The notes beneath the pieces are model-generated. The model was not told the origin of the DNA, did not search any database, and saw only the letters and a list, made by a program, of their open reading frames with translations. From an uncultured Pseudomonadota bacterium (GTDB lineage: Bacteria; Vulcanimicrobiota; Vulcanimicrobiia; Eremiobacterales; Eremiobacteraceae): 64,000 nt of DNA. The position numbers and the translations under genes are program-made. The stretch is from positions 1,312,001 through 1,376,000 of the forward strand of contig CAVTNB010000001.1 of the NCBI GenBank assembly GCA_963736005.1, written 5' to 3'. Below, in pieces: positions 41,149 to 50,731 of this stretch (the first letter of the stretch is position 1; the number at the start of each line of letters is the position of its first letter).

Positions 41149-41244
41149 TATTGTGCAAGGTATATCACGCATTGCAAGGGGATTTCCGGGTTGAAGCCCC
41201 CGACTGACAAGCCGATGACTTGTAGAGAGGATCGGAAGGTTAGC

Positions 41245-41856
41245 ATGAAGCTCGCTCCGCTGATTGCCATTCTGCTCGTCCTCGGCGCCTGCGCGCCACA
41301 TGCCGTGCCATCGTTCGGCTACAAACCCGAAGCCGTGGCAGGCATCACACGTGCGCGTTGCATCGAGATCTTAGGGAAGCCGCAAGATTCGCAGCCCTTC
41401 TCTATGCCAGGCACGAATCTCGCAGCGGAGGCGATGACGTATCAGTTTGGACAGGTGCTGGTGCAAAATGGCATTGTGGTGGCCGTCTCCATCAACAACG
41501 ATCCTGCATTTGTCGGACCATTTGGCATCAAACTCGGCATGTCTGAAGACGATCTTCGCTCGGCGCTCGCTCATCATGGCCACCACGCTGGCCATGTCGA
41601 GTTGTACGACGCGATCGGCCGCCAAAGCGATACTCGCACAAAAGACATCTACGACGACACGGACCACATGATGATCGAATTGACGGCAACCAACGCGAAC
41701 GATCCGCTGGCACCTTTTAATGTTGCCCAAGTGACCCTCGCGAACCACCCTGGAATGATTCTCATTGAGGCCTTCACGAAGGCCAGAATCGCCGGGCTCT
41801 ACCCCGACGTGCACGTTGACAACTTCGTTTCAAACGCTTGGCAGATCGGACGCTGA
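41245..41856 (+). CDS. Hypothetical lipoprotein
   Basis: MKLAPLIAILLVLGAC lipobox; 'EILGKP' and 'GIKLGMSEDDL' resemble SmpA/BLIP-like repeats. Confidence 0.7.
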   Translation: MKLAPLIAILLVLGACAPHAVPSFGYKPEAVAGITRARCIEILGKPQDSQPFSMPGTNLAAEAMTYQFGQVLVQNGIVVAVSINNDPAFVGPFGIKLGMSEDDLRSALAHHGHHAGHVELYDAIGRQSDTRTKDIYDDTDHMMIELTATNANDPLAPFNVAQVTLANHPGMILIEAFTKARIAGLYPDVHVDNFVSNAWQIGR

Positions 41857-41859
41857 CGA

Positions 41860-42447
41860 ATGACCGACGAACCGCTTCCACAACCTCCCGATGAGGATTT
41901 CGGCGTCACCATGCCGCCGAACGCTCGTATCGGTACTTTGGTCCTCGAAAAGCCAACGCGCACGATGCACGTGCAATTGGCAGACGGGGGCGAGGAAAGA
42001 ATTATTGCAGCCCATGACTTGCGCTCGCTCTATGGTGCCCGCATCCGGCATGTATCCGTGACGCGCGTGCCGCCGAAGTCTCAGGGCATCGCGCTGAGTT
42101 CAACCGCGTTGAAAGCGACAGGTCGCTTGCCGCAGGCCGCGCTGGACCCCAGTCACCGAACAGGCACGGAGGTGGTGCGCGAAGACTTGTATTACGCGAT
42201 TGCCATGCGCATTGAGAAGCTGCCCGAACTATGGTATCTCAATGCCAGCTCGTTTAACTTCCGCAAAGCGCTCGGTGCGGATGCAACCTACTCAACCGAA
42301 ATCAACTTGCGCGAGTTCGTGCGCCGGCTCGCTCAATTCTCCCCAGACGCCGTTCGCGATGGGTTTTTTACGGCGATCCTCCAGAGCTCACCGCTGCCGC
42401 CTCCGCTCGAAAGCCTGCTCGAGTTCTTCCGGATCGTCGCGCGCTAA
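41860..42447 (+). CDS. Hypothetical protein
   Basis: 195-aa ORF starting 3 nt after the upstream stop; converges on mqnC. Confidence 0.65.
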   Translation: MTDEPLPQPPDEDFGVTMPPNARIGTLVLEKPTRTMHVQLADGGEERIIAAHDLRSLYGARIRHVSVTRVPPKSQGIALSSTALKATGRLPQAALDPSHRTGTEVVREDLYYAIAMRIEKLPELWYLNASSFNFRKALGADATYSTEINLREFVRRLAQFSPDAVRDGFFTAILQSSPLPPPLESLLEFFRIVAR

Positions 42448-42449
42448 CG

Positions 42450-43536
42450 TTACGCTGGAGTTGCGAGCGGGTACTCGCGGCGCTGGAAATAGGTGTCGCG
42501 CACAACTGGAACGTAGCCAGCTTGCCGAATGGCCCGCTCGAGATCTGCGCGCGTTGCGTGATTGGTGCTGCCGGCTAAGCGTGACGACGCGCTCCTCAAG
42601 GATCGTGCCCCCCATGTCGTCGGCTCCGTGGAGCAGGGCCAGCTGGCCGAGTTTCAGTCCGGGCGTCAGCCATGAGGACTGGACGTGCGGAAAGTTATCG
42701 AGGTAGAGCCGGCTAATTGCGATGACCCTTAGGTAGTCAATGCCTGAAGTTTCGCGGCCCCGCAGTGGAGTCTTGTGCGGCACGTAATACCACGGGATGA
42801 AGGCCAAGAACCCATTGGTTTCGTCCTGCAGCTCGCGCAAGACTTCGAGATGGGTGATTCGTTCGGCGTCGGTCTCCACCGATCCGAACATCATGGTTGC
42901 CGTGGTGGGCATGCCAAGTCGTTGGGCAACGCGCATGACTTCGAGCCAGCGATCGTCGTTGATCTTGCGCGCCGAAATTCTCTTGCGCACGCGTTCCACC
43001 AATATTTCCGCGCCGGCTCCGGGCAACGATTTGAGGCCGGCCGCGCGCAGGGTGCAAAGCACCTCTTCAACACTCATGTTCTCGCGTTTGGCGATGCCGC
43101 AGATCTCGCTCGTCGAGAGCGAATGGATATCAACGCCGGGGAATTGCTCGCCGATCCGCTGGAACAGGTCTACGTAGTATTGGATCGCGAGATCTGGATT
43201 CACGCCGCCTTGCACCATGATTTGCGTTGCGCCTTGATCGGCAGCCCACTGCACTCGCGCGAGCACCTGGTCGTGGGTCATCGTGTAGCCTTCGGCGTGA
43301 CCCTCAGGGCGGAAAAACGCGCAAAACGAGCAGTGGACGTTGCAGATGTTCGTATAGTTGATCGTCGTATCGATGACGTAGGAAACCTCGCGCCCCGGGT
43401 GCAGAGCGGTGCGGCGGCGGTGAGCCGCAGCTCCCAGGTCGTGCAGCGAGGCTTCGCGATACACAGCGAGCCCCTCGTTATAGGCGAGCCGCTCGCCACG
43501 TGCGGCGCGCTCGAGAAGATCGTTGACGTCAAACAC
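42450..43536 (-). CDS. mqnC: Cyclic dehypoxanthine futalosine synthase (apparent frameshift near 42577)
   Basis: NYTNICNVHCSFCAF, PGAGAEIL, TATMMFG, GADDMGGTILEE. A shifted frame restores the typical tail AGSTNHATRADLERAIRQAGYVPVVRDTYF ending at 42450. Confidence 0.88.
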
Positions 43537-44377
43537 GCTGGGGCACCATTTCAAAGAAGCGCAGCGGCGGTGCTTCACGAAACACGCCCGCTTCCTTTGC
43601 GCTGGCAAAGAAGGTCACGAGCGCCGCGAGCGCCTGCTCGTCGAGGCGGAAGTTGAGCGCGCGGTAGTACTCAGCGTAGAAGCCTTCGCGACGTGGATGA
43701 ATCCTTTGCGCTCGCCGAATAACGTGTTCGATGTTCTCCAAGCCCCACGCCAGGGATGCCGCGAGCGCGCTGGCGACGGCGCGCGTCGCCTCCGGTGCCG
43801 AGCGGGCGTACTCGGCGCGCACCGCCCACACAGCAAACACCATGCCACTCCCAGAGAGCGAGCGCCACAGCGTGCCGAGGTCGTGCAGGCTTGCCTCCGG
43901 CAGCATCTCAGATGCGTCGACGGCTTTGTCCCCAATCAGAAGACAGGGCGAACCGTCTTTGAGGTAGGCTGCCAGCGGATCGTCGCTTTCCGCCATGACC
44001 GGATCGAATCCGTACCACGTCCGACAGATCACGCGCAGGAGTGTCCGAGCCGTGAGCGACTCCTTGGTCACGGCAATTGTCGTGCCGGCGAGCGCCGCGG
44101 GCTCGCGCGCGGAGATGCAGTAGATGCTGCGCACGGCATCGTGCGCACCGACGCAGATGTGGGGTAAGAGCAACAGCTCGTCTGCGTGCGCGGCGTAGAG
44201 CGCGGATGAGATCGGGCTGATGTCGAGCTGGCCTTCGAGCAGCGCACGGTTCAACTCCGATGGCACGTCTGCCACGAGCGAGCCGGGAAACGCAAGCGCG
44301 TCTTCGTCGATCGCTGTATAGACGGGAAGGTCGTTCGTGTACGAAATTCGACCGCAGCGTGGAAGTGCGAACACCAT
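43529..44377 (-). CDS. mqnA: Chorismate dehydratase (futalosine pathway)
   Basis: GRISYTNDLPV, PSELN, ESLTA, LLIGDKA, DLGTLW, MVFAVWA. Confidence 0.88.
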   Translation of the reverse strand: MVFALPRCGRISYTNDLPVYTAIDEDALAFPGSLVADVPSELNRALLEGQLDISPISSALYAAHADELLLLPHICVGAHDAVRSIYCISAREPAALAGTTIAVTKESLTARTLLRVICRTWYGFDPVMAESDDPLAAYLKDGSPCLLIGDKAVDASEMLPEASLHDLGTLWRSLSGSGMVFAVWAVRAEYARSAPEATRAVASALAASLAWGLENIEHVIRRAQRIHPRREGFYAEYYRALNFRLDEQALAALVTFFASAKEAGVFREAPPLRFFEMVPQRV

Positions 44378-44385
44378 AACGCTCT

Positions 44386-45540
44386 CTAAACCGGTTCGAG
44401 AACTTTGTAGAGTAAGTTGCGGCGTGTTGGCTCGAAGCCTGCCTCCGCGATGGCGCGTTTCAGTTCGACGATTGGCGTACTCTGGTCGGTCGTGCTGCCC
44501 GCATCTCGATAGATCTGCTGCTCGTTGTGCACCGTGCCGTCGATGTCGTCAGCACCGTAGTGCAGGCCAAGCTGCGCCATCTTGATGCCATACGATATCC
44601 AATACGCTTTGATGTGGTCGATGTTGTCAAGCATGAGACGCGAGACCGCGATGGTTTTGAGATCGTCGATGCCGCCGGTCCAGCCGCACGCTTCCAATTC
44701 GTTGCCATCGGGGTGAAAAGCAAGGGGAACGAAACATTTGAAGCCGTCGGTTTCCGCTTGCAAGGCGCGCAAGAGCACCAGATGCTCCACCCGCTCTTCG
44801 ATCGTTTCGATGTGACCGTAGAGCATCGTGCAATTGGTCCGGATGCCAAGCCCATGCGCGACGCGGTGCACTTCGAGCCACTCCTCAACGTTGGCTTTGT
44901 GCGGGCAGAGAATGTCTCGGACGCGCTTGACCAAAATTTCTGCGCCGCCGCCGTTGAGGGCAGTGAGACCAGCGTCGCGCAGCTGGCGTAGACCTTCTTC
45001 GTGCGTGCAGCGAGCCCGCTTGCACATGTAGTCAATTTCGGCTGCTGTGAAGAGCGCGAGTTGGACGTGGGGGATGCGCTTGTGCAACTCCTCGATAGCG
45101 GGAATCCAAAACTCAAGGCTCGTCTGCTTGGGGTCGTGGCCGCCGACGATGTGCAATTCGTCGTAGTCATTGGGCCCGGCGCAGGCCTTGTCCAAGATCG
45201 TCTCGAGCGACATGCGGTACGATCGCGGCTCTTTTTCGTGCGCGGCGAACGAACAAAATTTGCAGCCTGCATAGCACACGTTGGTGGTGTTCAGGTAGCG
45301 CTTGACAACGTAGTATGCGCGCTTGCCGTTCTTTTTGGTTCGCAGGTTGTGCGCAAGCTTGCCCAGCGCGTGAAACGGGGCCTGTGTATAAAGAAAAACA
45401 CCGTCGGCGAGGGTCAAAGGAACGCCAGCATCCACCTTTTCCGCAATCGCGTCGAACTGGCCCTGGGCGCTCATGATGTGCGCCGGTTCGTCAGGAGTTT
45501 GAAGCCGGCCTGTGCCCATCGCACTTATGTAGCAGCTCAC
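44386..45540 (-). CDS. mqnE: Aminodeoxyfutalosine synthase, radical SAM
   Basis: TNVCYAGCKFCSF, ELHIVGG, GGGAEI, TMLYGHIE, HIKAYW, GADDIDGT. Confidence 0.87.
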   Translation of the reverse strand: MSCYISAMGTGRLQTPDEPAHIMSAQGQFDAIAEKVDAGVPLTLADGVFLYTQAPFHALGKLAHNLRTKKNGKRAYYVVKRYLNTTNVCYAGCKFCSFAAHEKEPRSYRMSLETILDKACAGPNDYDELHIVGGHDPKQTSLEFWIPAIEELHKRIPHVQLALFTAAEIDYMCKRARCTHEEGLRQLRDAGLTALNGGGAEILVKRVRDILCPHKANVEEWLEVHRVAHGLGIRTNCTMLYGHIETIEERVEHLVLLRALQAETDGFKCFVPLAFHPDGNELEACGWTGGIDDLKTIAVSRLMLDNIDHIKAYWISYGIKMAQLGLHYGADDIDGTVHNEQQIYRDAGSTTDQSTPIVELKRAIAEAGFEPTRRNLLYKVLEPV

Positions 45541-45561
45541 CTTGAGGTGCGCTGCACGCCT

Positions 45562-45645
45562 GAGCGGACCTGAAGGTCCGCTGCTACATAACCGTCGTTG
45601 CGAGTGCTACATAACCGTCGTTGCGAGTGCTACATATCCGTCGTT
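45562..45645. repeat. REP family A copy plus 23-nt tandem repeat at the ftsK 3' end
   Basis: GAGCGGACCTGAAGGTCCGCTGCTAC (45562-45587); GCTACATAACCGTCGTTGCGAGT twice (45583-45628); third partial unit 45629-45645. Confidence 0.85.
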
Positions 45646-47852
45646 CCATCAGACGGCGCGAGCATGCCGGCTAACTGATCGATATCTGCGACGCCAACGA
45701 GAATTTTGCGCGGCTTTGTCCCCTCGGTGGGTCCGACGACGCGATATTCCTCGAGAATCTTCATGAGGCGGACCGCGCGGGGGTGGCCGACCTTCAACTC
45801 GGCTTGCAGCAGCGCGACCGATGCCATCTGGCGCTCGATGATGATACGGGCAGCCTCAAAGGCAAGCTCGTCTTGTGGAGCGCGGCCATCTTCTTCCACT
45901 TCACTGAGCGTCATCTCGATGCGGTTGGCCGGATCTTCTTGGTCGCGCCAGAACTCGCACAGACGCTCGAGCTCATCGCCAGTCACCAGCGCTCCTTGCA
46001 CGCGAATAGGTTTGGGTGCGTCGATCGGGAGAAACAGCATGTCTCCGCGACCAAGCAAGCGTTCCGCCCCAGCCATATCGATGATCGTTCGCGAATCGAC
46101 CTGCGATGATACGGCAAAGGCGATACGCGAGGGAATGTTGGCTTTGATTAAGCCGGTGATCACGTCAACGGACGGTCGCTGCGTGGCGACGACCAAGTGA
46201 ATGCCGGTCGCCCGAGCGAGTTGCGCGATACGGCAAATGCTCGTCTCCACGCGGGTGGGCGCCACTAGCATAAGATCGGCGAGCTCGTCGATGACGACGA
46301 CGATATAGGGCAAAGGCTGTCCGCGATAATTCGCGTTGTATTCTTCGATCTTGCGCACGCCGGCTTTGGCAAACACTTCATAGCGAGCATCCATCTCTCG
46401 CGTGAGTTCGAAAAGAGCCCCCGCCGCAAGTTTGGGGTCCGTGATGCATTCACGGATAAGGTGCGGTATGCCATTGTACGAGGTTAACTCAACCCGTTTT
46501 GGGTCGATGAGCATCAACTGCATTTGGTCGGGGGTACAGGTGGCCAGCAACGACGTGATAATCACGTTGAGGCACACGCTCTTGCCCGCACCGGTTGCGC
46601 CCGCAACAAGCAAATGCGGCATGCGCGTGAGATCGCCAACGATCGGTCGTCCGGTAATGTCTTTACCGAGCGCAAAAAAGAGTTTGCCCTCGCCGCGAGG
46701 CAAGTAATCCAAAATCTCGCGAACGCTCACGTTCGCAACCGCGCTGTTCGGTACCTCAATGCCCACAGCTGCTTTTCCCGGTATCGGTGCCTCAATGCGA
46801 ACGCTCTGCGCCGCAAGCGTGAGTTGAATATTGTCCGCAAGCGATTTGATGGCGCTGACCTTGACGCCCTTGGCCGGTGTGATTTCATACCGCGTGACGC
46901 TGGGTCCGCGCTCGATATGCGTCACCTTGGCGATGACGCCGAACGAAGCGAGAGTTTCTTCCAAAATCAACGCAGCACTCGCCTGATCTTGGACGCGCTT
47001 TTCGGGCGGATTGAACAAGGCATAATCCGGCAATCGGTATTCCCCGGAACCAAGGGCGCGCTGTTCCGACGCAGTTGCTGCGATTCGTCTTGGCTCGCGG
47101 CGACGCTCCGGCTGTGGGCCGACAAACTTGGGCGCTTCCTGAACCGGAGATCGAAACGAAGCTTCAGGTTGTGTTTGCCCGAGCGTGGGTTCTGTCACCG
47201 CAACGTCGCTGGCAACCGCCGCTGGCACAAAGAGGCTGGGAGTTTCTGTCGTTGGTTCGAGGACCTGTTGTACCGCCGGAGCGTTCGGCGTGTGCCGGCC
47301 AAACGCTGATCTCCTCCACGGAACGATCGTCGCCACAAGACGACTCCAAGCAGTCACAGCGAAGGCGCTGATGGTGGCGCTGAGCGACTTGAGTGATATT
47401 CTGGTGGGCGCAACAGCAAATGCCAACGCCCCAAACGCAAAGACGACGCGGGCGCCGGCGGGTCCGAGAAGCCACACAAAACCGCGCCCGATGGCGTTGC
47501 CGATGAACCCACCATGCAAGCTGAGGCCAAGCCAGCCGGCGATGACAAGAAATTCCCCCACCGCGCAGAGCGCAAAAAGCGCTAGCCTTCGCATTGCATG
47601 CAGCTCGAGAAAGACAATCGCCGCTACGGCTGCGAGCAGCGCGATGGCAAGCCAGGCGGCTGCCCCAAATCCGCCGCGCAGCACATTGGCGACAATCGGG
47701 CCAAGCGAGCCCGTACGCCCGGCTGGCAATGCCAAAGCAAGAGCGAGCAGCACCGCGAGGGAGAGCAGCGCGACGCCCACGATTTCTAGGTTGAGCGTCA
47801 ACCCGGGCAGTGGATCGACTCGCCGGGAACGCGCCGCCTTCGTTTGCTTCAT
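45630..47852 (-). CDS. ftsK: DNA translocase FtsK/SpoIIIE
   Basis: N-terminal TMs, RIEAPIPGK, PHLLVAGATGAGKS, IDELADLM, ATQRPSVDVITG, gamma domain. Confidence 0.95.
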   Translation of the reverse strand: MKQTKAARSRRVDPLPGLTLNLEIVGVALLSLAVLLALALALPAGRTGSLGPIVANVLRGGFGAAAWLAIALLAAVAAIVFLELHAMRRLALFALCAVGEFLVIAGWLGLSLHGGFIGNAIGRGFVWLLGPAGARVVFAFGALAFAVAPTRISLKSLSATISAFAVTAWSRLVATIVPWRRSAFGRHTPNAPAVQQVLEPTTETPSLFVPAAVASDVAVTEPTLGQTQPEASFRSPVQEAPKFVGPQPERRREPRRIAATASEQRALGSGEYRLPDYALFNPPEKRVQDQASAALILEETLASFGVIAKVTHIERGPSVTRYEITPAKGVKVSAIKSLADNIQLTLAAQSVRIEAPIPGKAAVGIEVPNSAVANVSVREILDYLPRGEGKLFFALGKDITGRPIVGDLTRMPHLLVAGATGAGKSVCLNVIITSLLATCTPDQMQLMLIDPKRVELTSYNGIPHLIRECITDPKLAAGALFELTREMDARYEVFAKAGVRKIEEYNANYRGQPLPYIVVVIDELADLMLVAPTRVETSICRIAQLARATGIHLVVATQRPSVDVITGLIKANIPSRIAFAVSSQVDSRTIIDMAGAERLLGRGDMLFLPIDAPKPIRVQGALVTGDELERLCEFWRDQEDPANRIEMTLSEVEEDGRAPQDELAFEAARIIIERQMASVALLQAELKVGHPRAVRLMKILEEYRVVGPTEGTKPRKILVGVADIDQLAGMLAPSDGTTDM

Positions 47853-47881
47853 GTCTTAACGCACAAGCGTTCGATGCAAGT

Positions 47882-47908
47882 GTAGCAGCGGACCTTTAGG
47901 ACGGCTGC
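47882..47908. repeat. REP family A copy (degenerate)
   Basis: GTAGCAGCGGACCTTTAGGACGGCTGC. Confidence 0.75.
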
Positions 47909-47911
47909 GCG

Positions 47912-48814
47912 CTAGTGATTGGATTTTGGGTCGAGCGCGTCGCGCAATCCATCACCCAACAAATTGAATCCGAGAACCGTGATGGAGATGGCAAGTCCTG
48001 GAAAGAGCAGCGCCCAGGGTGCATTCAACCAATAGTCTCTCGCATCGTTGAGCATCGAGCCCCATTCGGGTGTCGGAGGTTGGATGCCCAAGCCCAGATA
48101 GGAAAGGCCAGCGGAATCGAGTTCGGCGGTGCCGATGCCAAGGGTCGCTTGCACGATGAGTGGCGCGAGGATGTTTGGCAAAATATGTTTGGCGAGCAGG
48201 CCAAGGGTGTTGTTACCAACCGCCCGTGCGGATTCAACGAACTCTTGTTCCTTCACGGCGAGCACTGACGATCGCGCAATGCGCGCGTAGATGGGTATCG
48301 CAACGATGCCGATCGCAAAGAAAAGTTTGACGACGTCGCTCACGCGCTGGTCGAGAATTGCTGAAATAGCGATTGCCAAGATGATGGTGGGGAACGCGAG
48401 CATGACGTCCATCAAACCCATAAGGGCAACGTCAAGCGAGCCGCCCCAGAATCCGGAGACGATGCCGACCACGGTGCCAATGGCAAGTGCGATACCGACC
48501 GAAACGAATCCGATCTCGAGCGACAATCGCGCGCCAAAGAGCAAACGAGTAAAGATATCGCGACCAAGTTTGTCGGTGCCAGCCAAGTGGTCCAAAGAGG
48601 GAGGCCAAACCGTCGTTCCAAGATTCGTGAGCAGCGGGTCAGTGTGTCCAGAGATGATTGGCGCAAAGATCGCCCCGACGCCAAGCGCCGCAATGATCAC
48701 CATGCCGATCACCGCTGATGGACTGCGGCGGAAACTGCGCCAGGCTCTCGCGCCGATCGAAGTGTAGGGCGTTTCCAGCCCTTGCGCTTCGAGAGAAACG
48801 GATGCTTGAGCCAC
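47912..48814 (-). CDS. Peptide/nickel ABC transporter permease (OppC/DppC-like)
   Basis: GTDKLGRDIFTRLLFGARLSL, EFVESARAVG (EAA motif), HILPN, LGIQPPTPEWG, NLLGDGLRDALDP. Confidence 0.92.
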   Translation of the reverse strand: MAQASVSLEAQGLETPYTSIGARAWRSFRRSPSAVIGMVIIAALGVGAIFAPIISGHTDPLLTNLGTTVWPPSLDHLAGTDKLGRDIFTRLLFGARLSLEIGFVSVGIALAIGTVVGIVSGFWGGSLDVALMGLMDVMLAFPTIILAIAISAILDQRVSDVVKLFFAIGIVAIPIYARIARSSVLAVKEQEFVESARAVGNNTLGLLAKHILPNILAPLIVQATLGIGTAELDSAGLSYLGLGIQPPTPEWGSMLNDARDYWLNAPWALLFPGLAISITVLGFNLLGDGLRDALDPKSNH

Positions 48815-48822
48815 TCGAGCGG

Positions 48823-50547
48823 CTAGACTTCCATGACCACGGGAACGATCATAGGGCGCCGCTTCGTCCGATCGTAAATGAATTTCTGCAATTCTTTATG
48901 CACGTGCTCGCGGATGGTGGTCCACTCGGTGAGCCCCTGCTTGGCACCGCGCTCCATGATGCTGACCGCTTCACGACGAACTTCCTCCAAGACGCCGTCT
49001 CCGTCCGACGATCCGTGCGTGAATCCCCGTGAAGTAATATCCGGACCAGCTAACACCTTGCCGTCTTCGCTGTCGACGGTGACGGTCACCACGATCATGC
49101 CATCTCCAGAGAGATGTCGCCGATCCCGTAACACGACGTTGCCAACGTCACCCACGCCGAGACCATCGACATACACCGGCGCGCCTGAGATTCTCCCTCC
49201 AAATCGCGCACCGGAACTTGTAATTTCAAGCGCGTCGCCGTTCTCGCTCACAAAAATATTTTTCGGCGAGATGCCGATACGTTCCGCGAGTCGCGCGTGC
49301 TGCACGAGCATGCGATACTCGCCGTGGACGGGCAAGAAATATTTCGGGCGCGTCAAGTTGAGCATGAGGAGCAATTCTTCTTGGCGACCGTGACCTGAGA
49401 CATGCGCCAGTCGCTGCTGCCCGTAGATCACATTGATCCCAAGCTTGAAGAGGTTGTTGATCGTTCGGCCGACGCTGCGCTCGTTGCCGGGGATCGGCGT
49501 CGCCGAAATGATCACGGTGTCACCGCGTTTGAGCTTCACTCGCTTGTAGTCATTGGAGGCCATGCGCACGAGCGCAGACATGGGCTCGCCTTGCGACCCG
49601 GTCGTGCAGATGACGAGTTGCTCGTCACGGTAGTTTTCCAATTCGTGGTCTCGAATTTGCACGCCAGGGGCAATCTCCAGATAACCGTGCTCTAGTGCGA
49701 TCGAGCTGACGTTTTGCATGCTGCGCCCGACAAAACACACTTTGCGGCCGTAACGGCTTGCCGCATCCACCGTTTGCTGCAGACGAGGCACGTTTGAGGC
49801 AAACATCGTGATAATAATGCGCCCCGCGCACTGCGCAAAGATGTCGTTGAAAGTCTCGCCCACGACTCGCTCGGATAGCGTGTGGCCGGGCAATTCGGCA
49901 TTGGTCGAGTCCGAGGCGAGCAACAGCACGCCTTCGCGTCCATGAGCGGCTAGCGTGGCCATGTCCGTCGGCTGTCCATCGATTGGCGTTTGATCGAACT
50001 TGAAGTCCCCTGTGTGAATCACTGTTCCCAGCGGGGTACGAAGCGAAATGCAGCACGAGCCCGACACGCTATGGGTGACCGCGATGAAGCCAACTTCAAA
50101 GGAGCCGAGCATCACTCGATCGCCTGAGTCGACGACCCGGAGATCTGCGCGCTCCAACAACTTGTGCTCTTTGAGCTTGCCGCGCAGTAAGGCCAGGGTG
50201 ACGTCGGTGCCATACACCGGCACATTGAGTTGGGCCAAGAAAAACGGCACGCCGCCAATGTGATCCTCGTGCGCGTGGGTCAGCACGAGGCCTCGGACCT
50301 TGTCGCGCCGCTCGATGAGGTATGAGATATCGTTGATGACCAGGTCGACGCCCAGCATTTCCTCTTCTGGAAATTGGACGCCAGCATCGACGATCACGAT
50401 ATCGTCGGTAGTCTCATAGACGGTCGTGTTGCGTCCGATTTCACCGCAGCCGCCAAGCGGGATGACTCGGAGAAACGGTGTTTTTGGATCGACGAGCGGC
50501 TCTAAAGGTGCCCCCTGTTGGGAGGTGGGGAAAAATTCGTGCAGCAT
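48823..50547 (-). CDS. rnj: Ribonuclease J
   Basis: PLGGCGEIGRN, THAHEDHIG, HTGDFK, TGSQGEP, HVSGH, PVHGE. Confidence 0.96.
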   Translation of the reverse strand: MLHEFFPTSQQGAPLEPLVDPKTPFLRVIPLGGCGEIGRNTTVYETTDDIVIVDAGVQFPEEEMLGVDLVINDISYLIERRDKVRGLVLTHAHEDHIGGVPFFLAQLNVPVYGTDVTLALLRGKLKEHKLLERADLRVVDSGDRVMLGSFEVGFIAVTHSVSGSCCISLRTPLGTVIHTGDFKFDQTPIDGQPTDMATLAAHGREGVLLLASDSTNAELPGHTLSERVVGETFNDIFAQCAGRIIITMFASNVPRLQQTVDAASRYGRKVCFVGRSMQNVSSIALEHGYLEIAPGVQIRDHELENYRDEQLVICTTGSQGEPMSALVRMASNDYKRVKLKRGDTVIISATPIPGNERSVGRTINNLFKLGINVIYGQQRLAHVSGHGRQEELLLMLNLTRPKYFLPVHGEYRMLVQHARLAERIGISPKNIFVSENGDALEITSSGARFGGRISGAPVYVDGLGVGDVGNVVLRDRRHLSGDGMIVVTVTVDSEDGKVLAGPDITSRGFTHGSSDGDGVLEEVRREAVSIMERGAKQGLTEWTTIREHVHKELQKFIYDRTKRRPMIVPVVMEV

Positions 50548-50600
50548 GCACGATGCATTTTGGCGGCCCCCGCATTTGGCCTGCTGCTCTGCGAGTCCGT

Positions 50601-50720
50601 GGGCGACTTGACAGTCGCCCGCTACGGGCCTATTGCGTGGCGCGATTTTCCAATCGCCCCCTACATAATGCGATTTTCCAGTCGCCCGCTACATAATGCG
50701 ATTTTCCAATCGTCCGCTAT
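50601..50720. repeat. Cluster of four family B-like REP units, last three in 28-nt tandem
   Basis: GGGCGACTTGACAGTCGCCCGCTAC, then GCGATTTTCCA(A/G)TCG(C/T)CC(C/G)CTA units at 50642, 50670 and 50698 joined by ATAAT. Confidence 0.85.
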
Positions 50721-50731
50721 GGGGGCCGTGG

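Noticed and set aside
45583..45645. Possible mini-CRISPR array
   Set aside because: Units are contiguous with no unique spacers, and no cas genes are present.
50601..50720. Possible CRISPR array with palindromic repeats
   Set aside because: Linkers are a constant 5 nt and the unit matches dispersed REP copies at 21455 and 62513.
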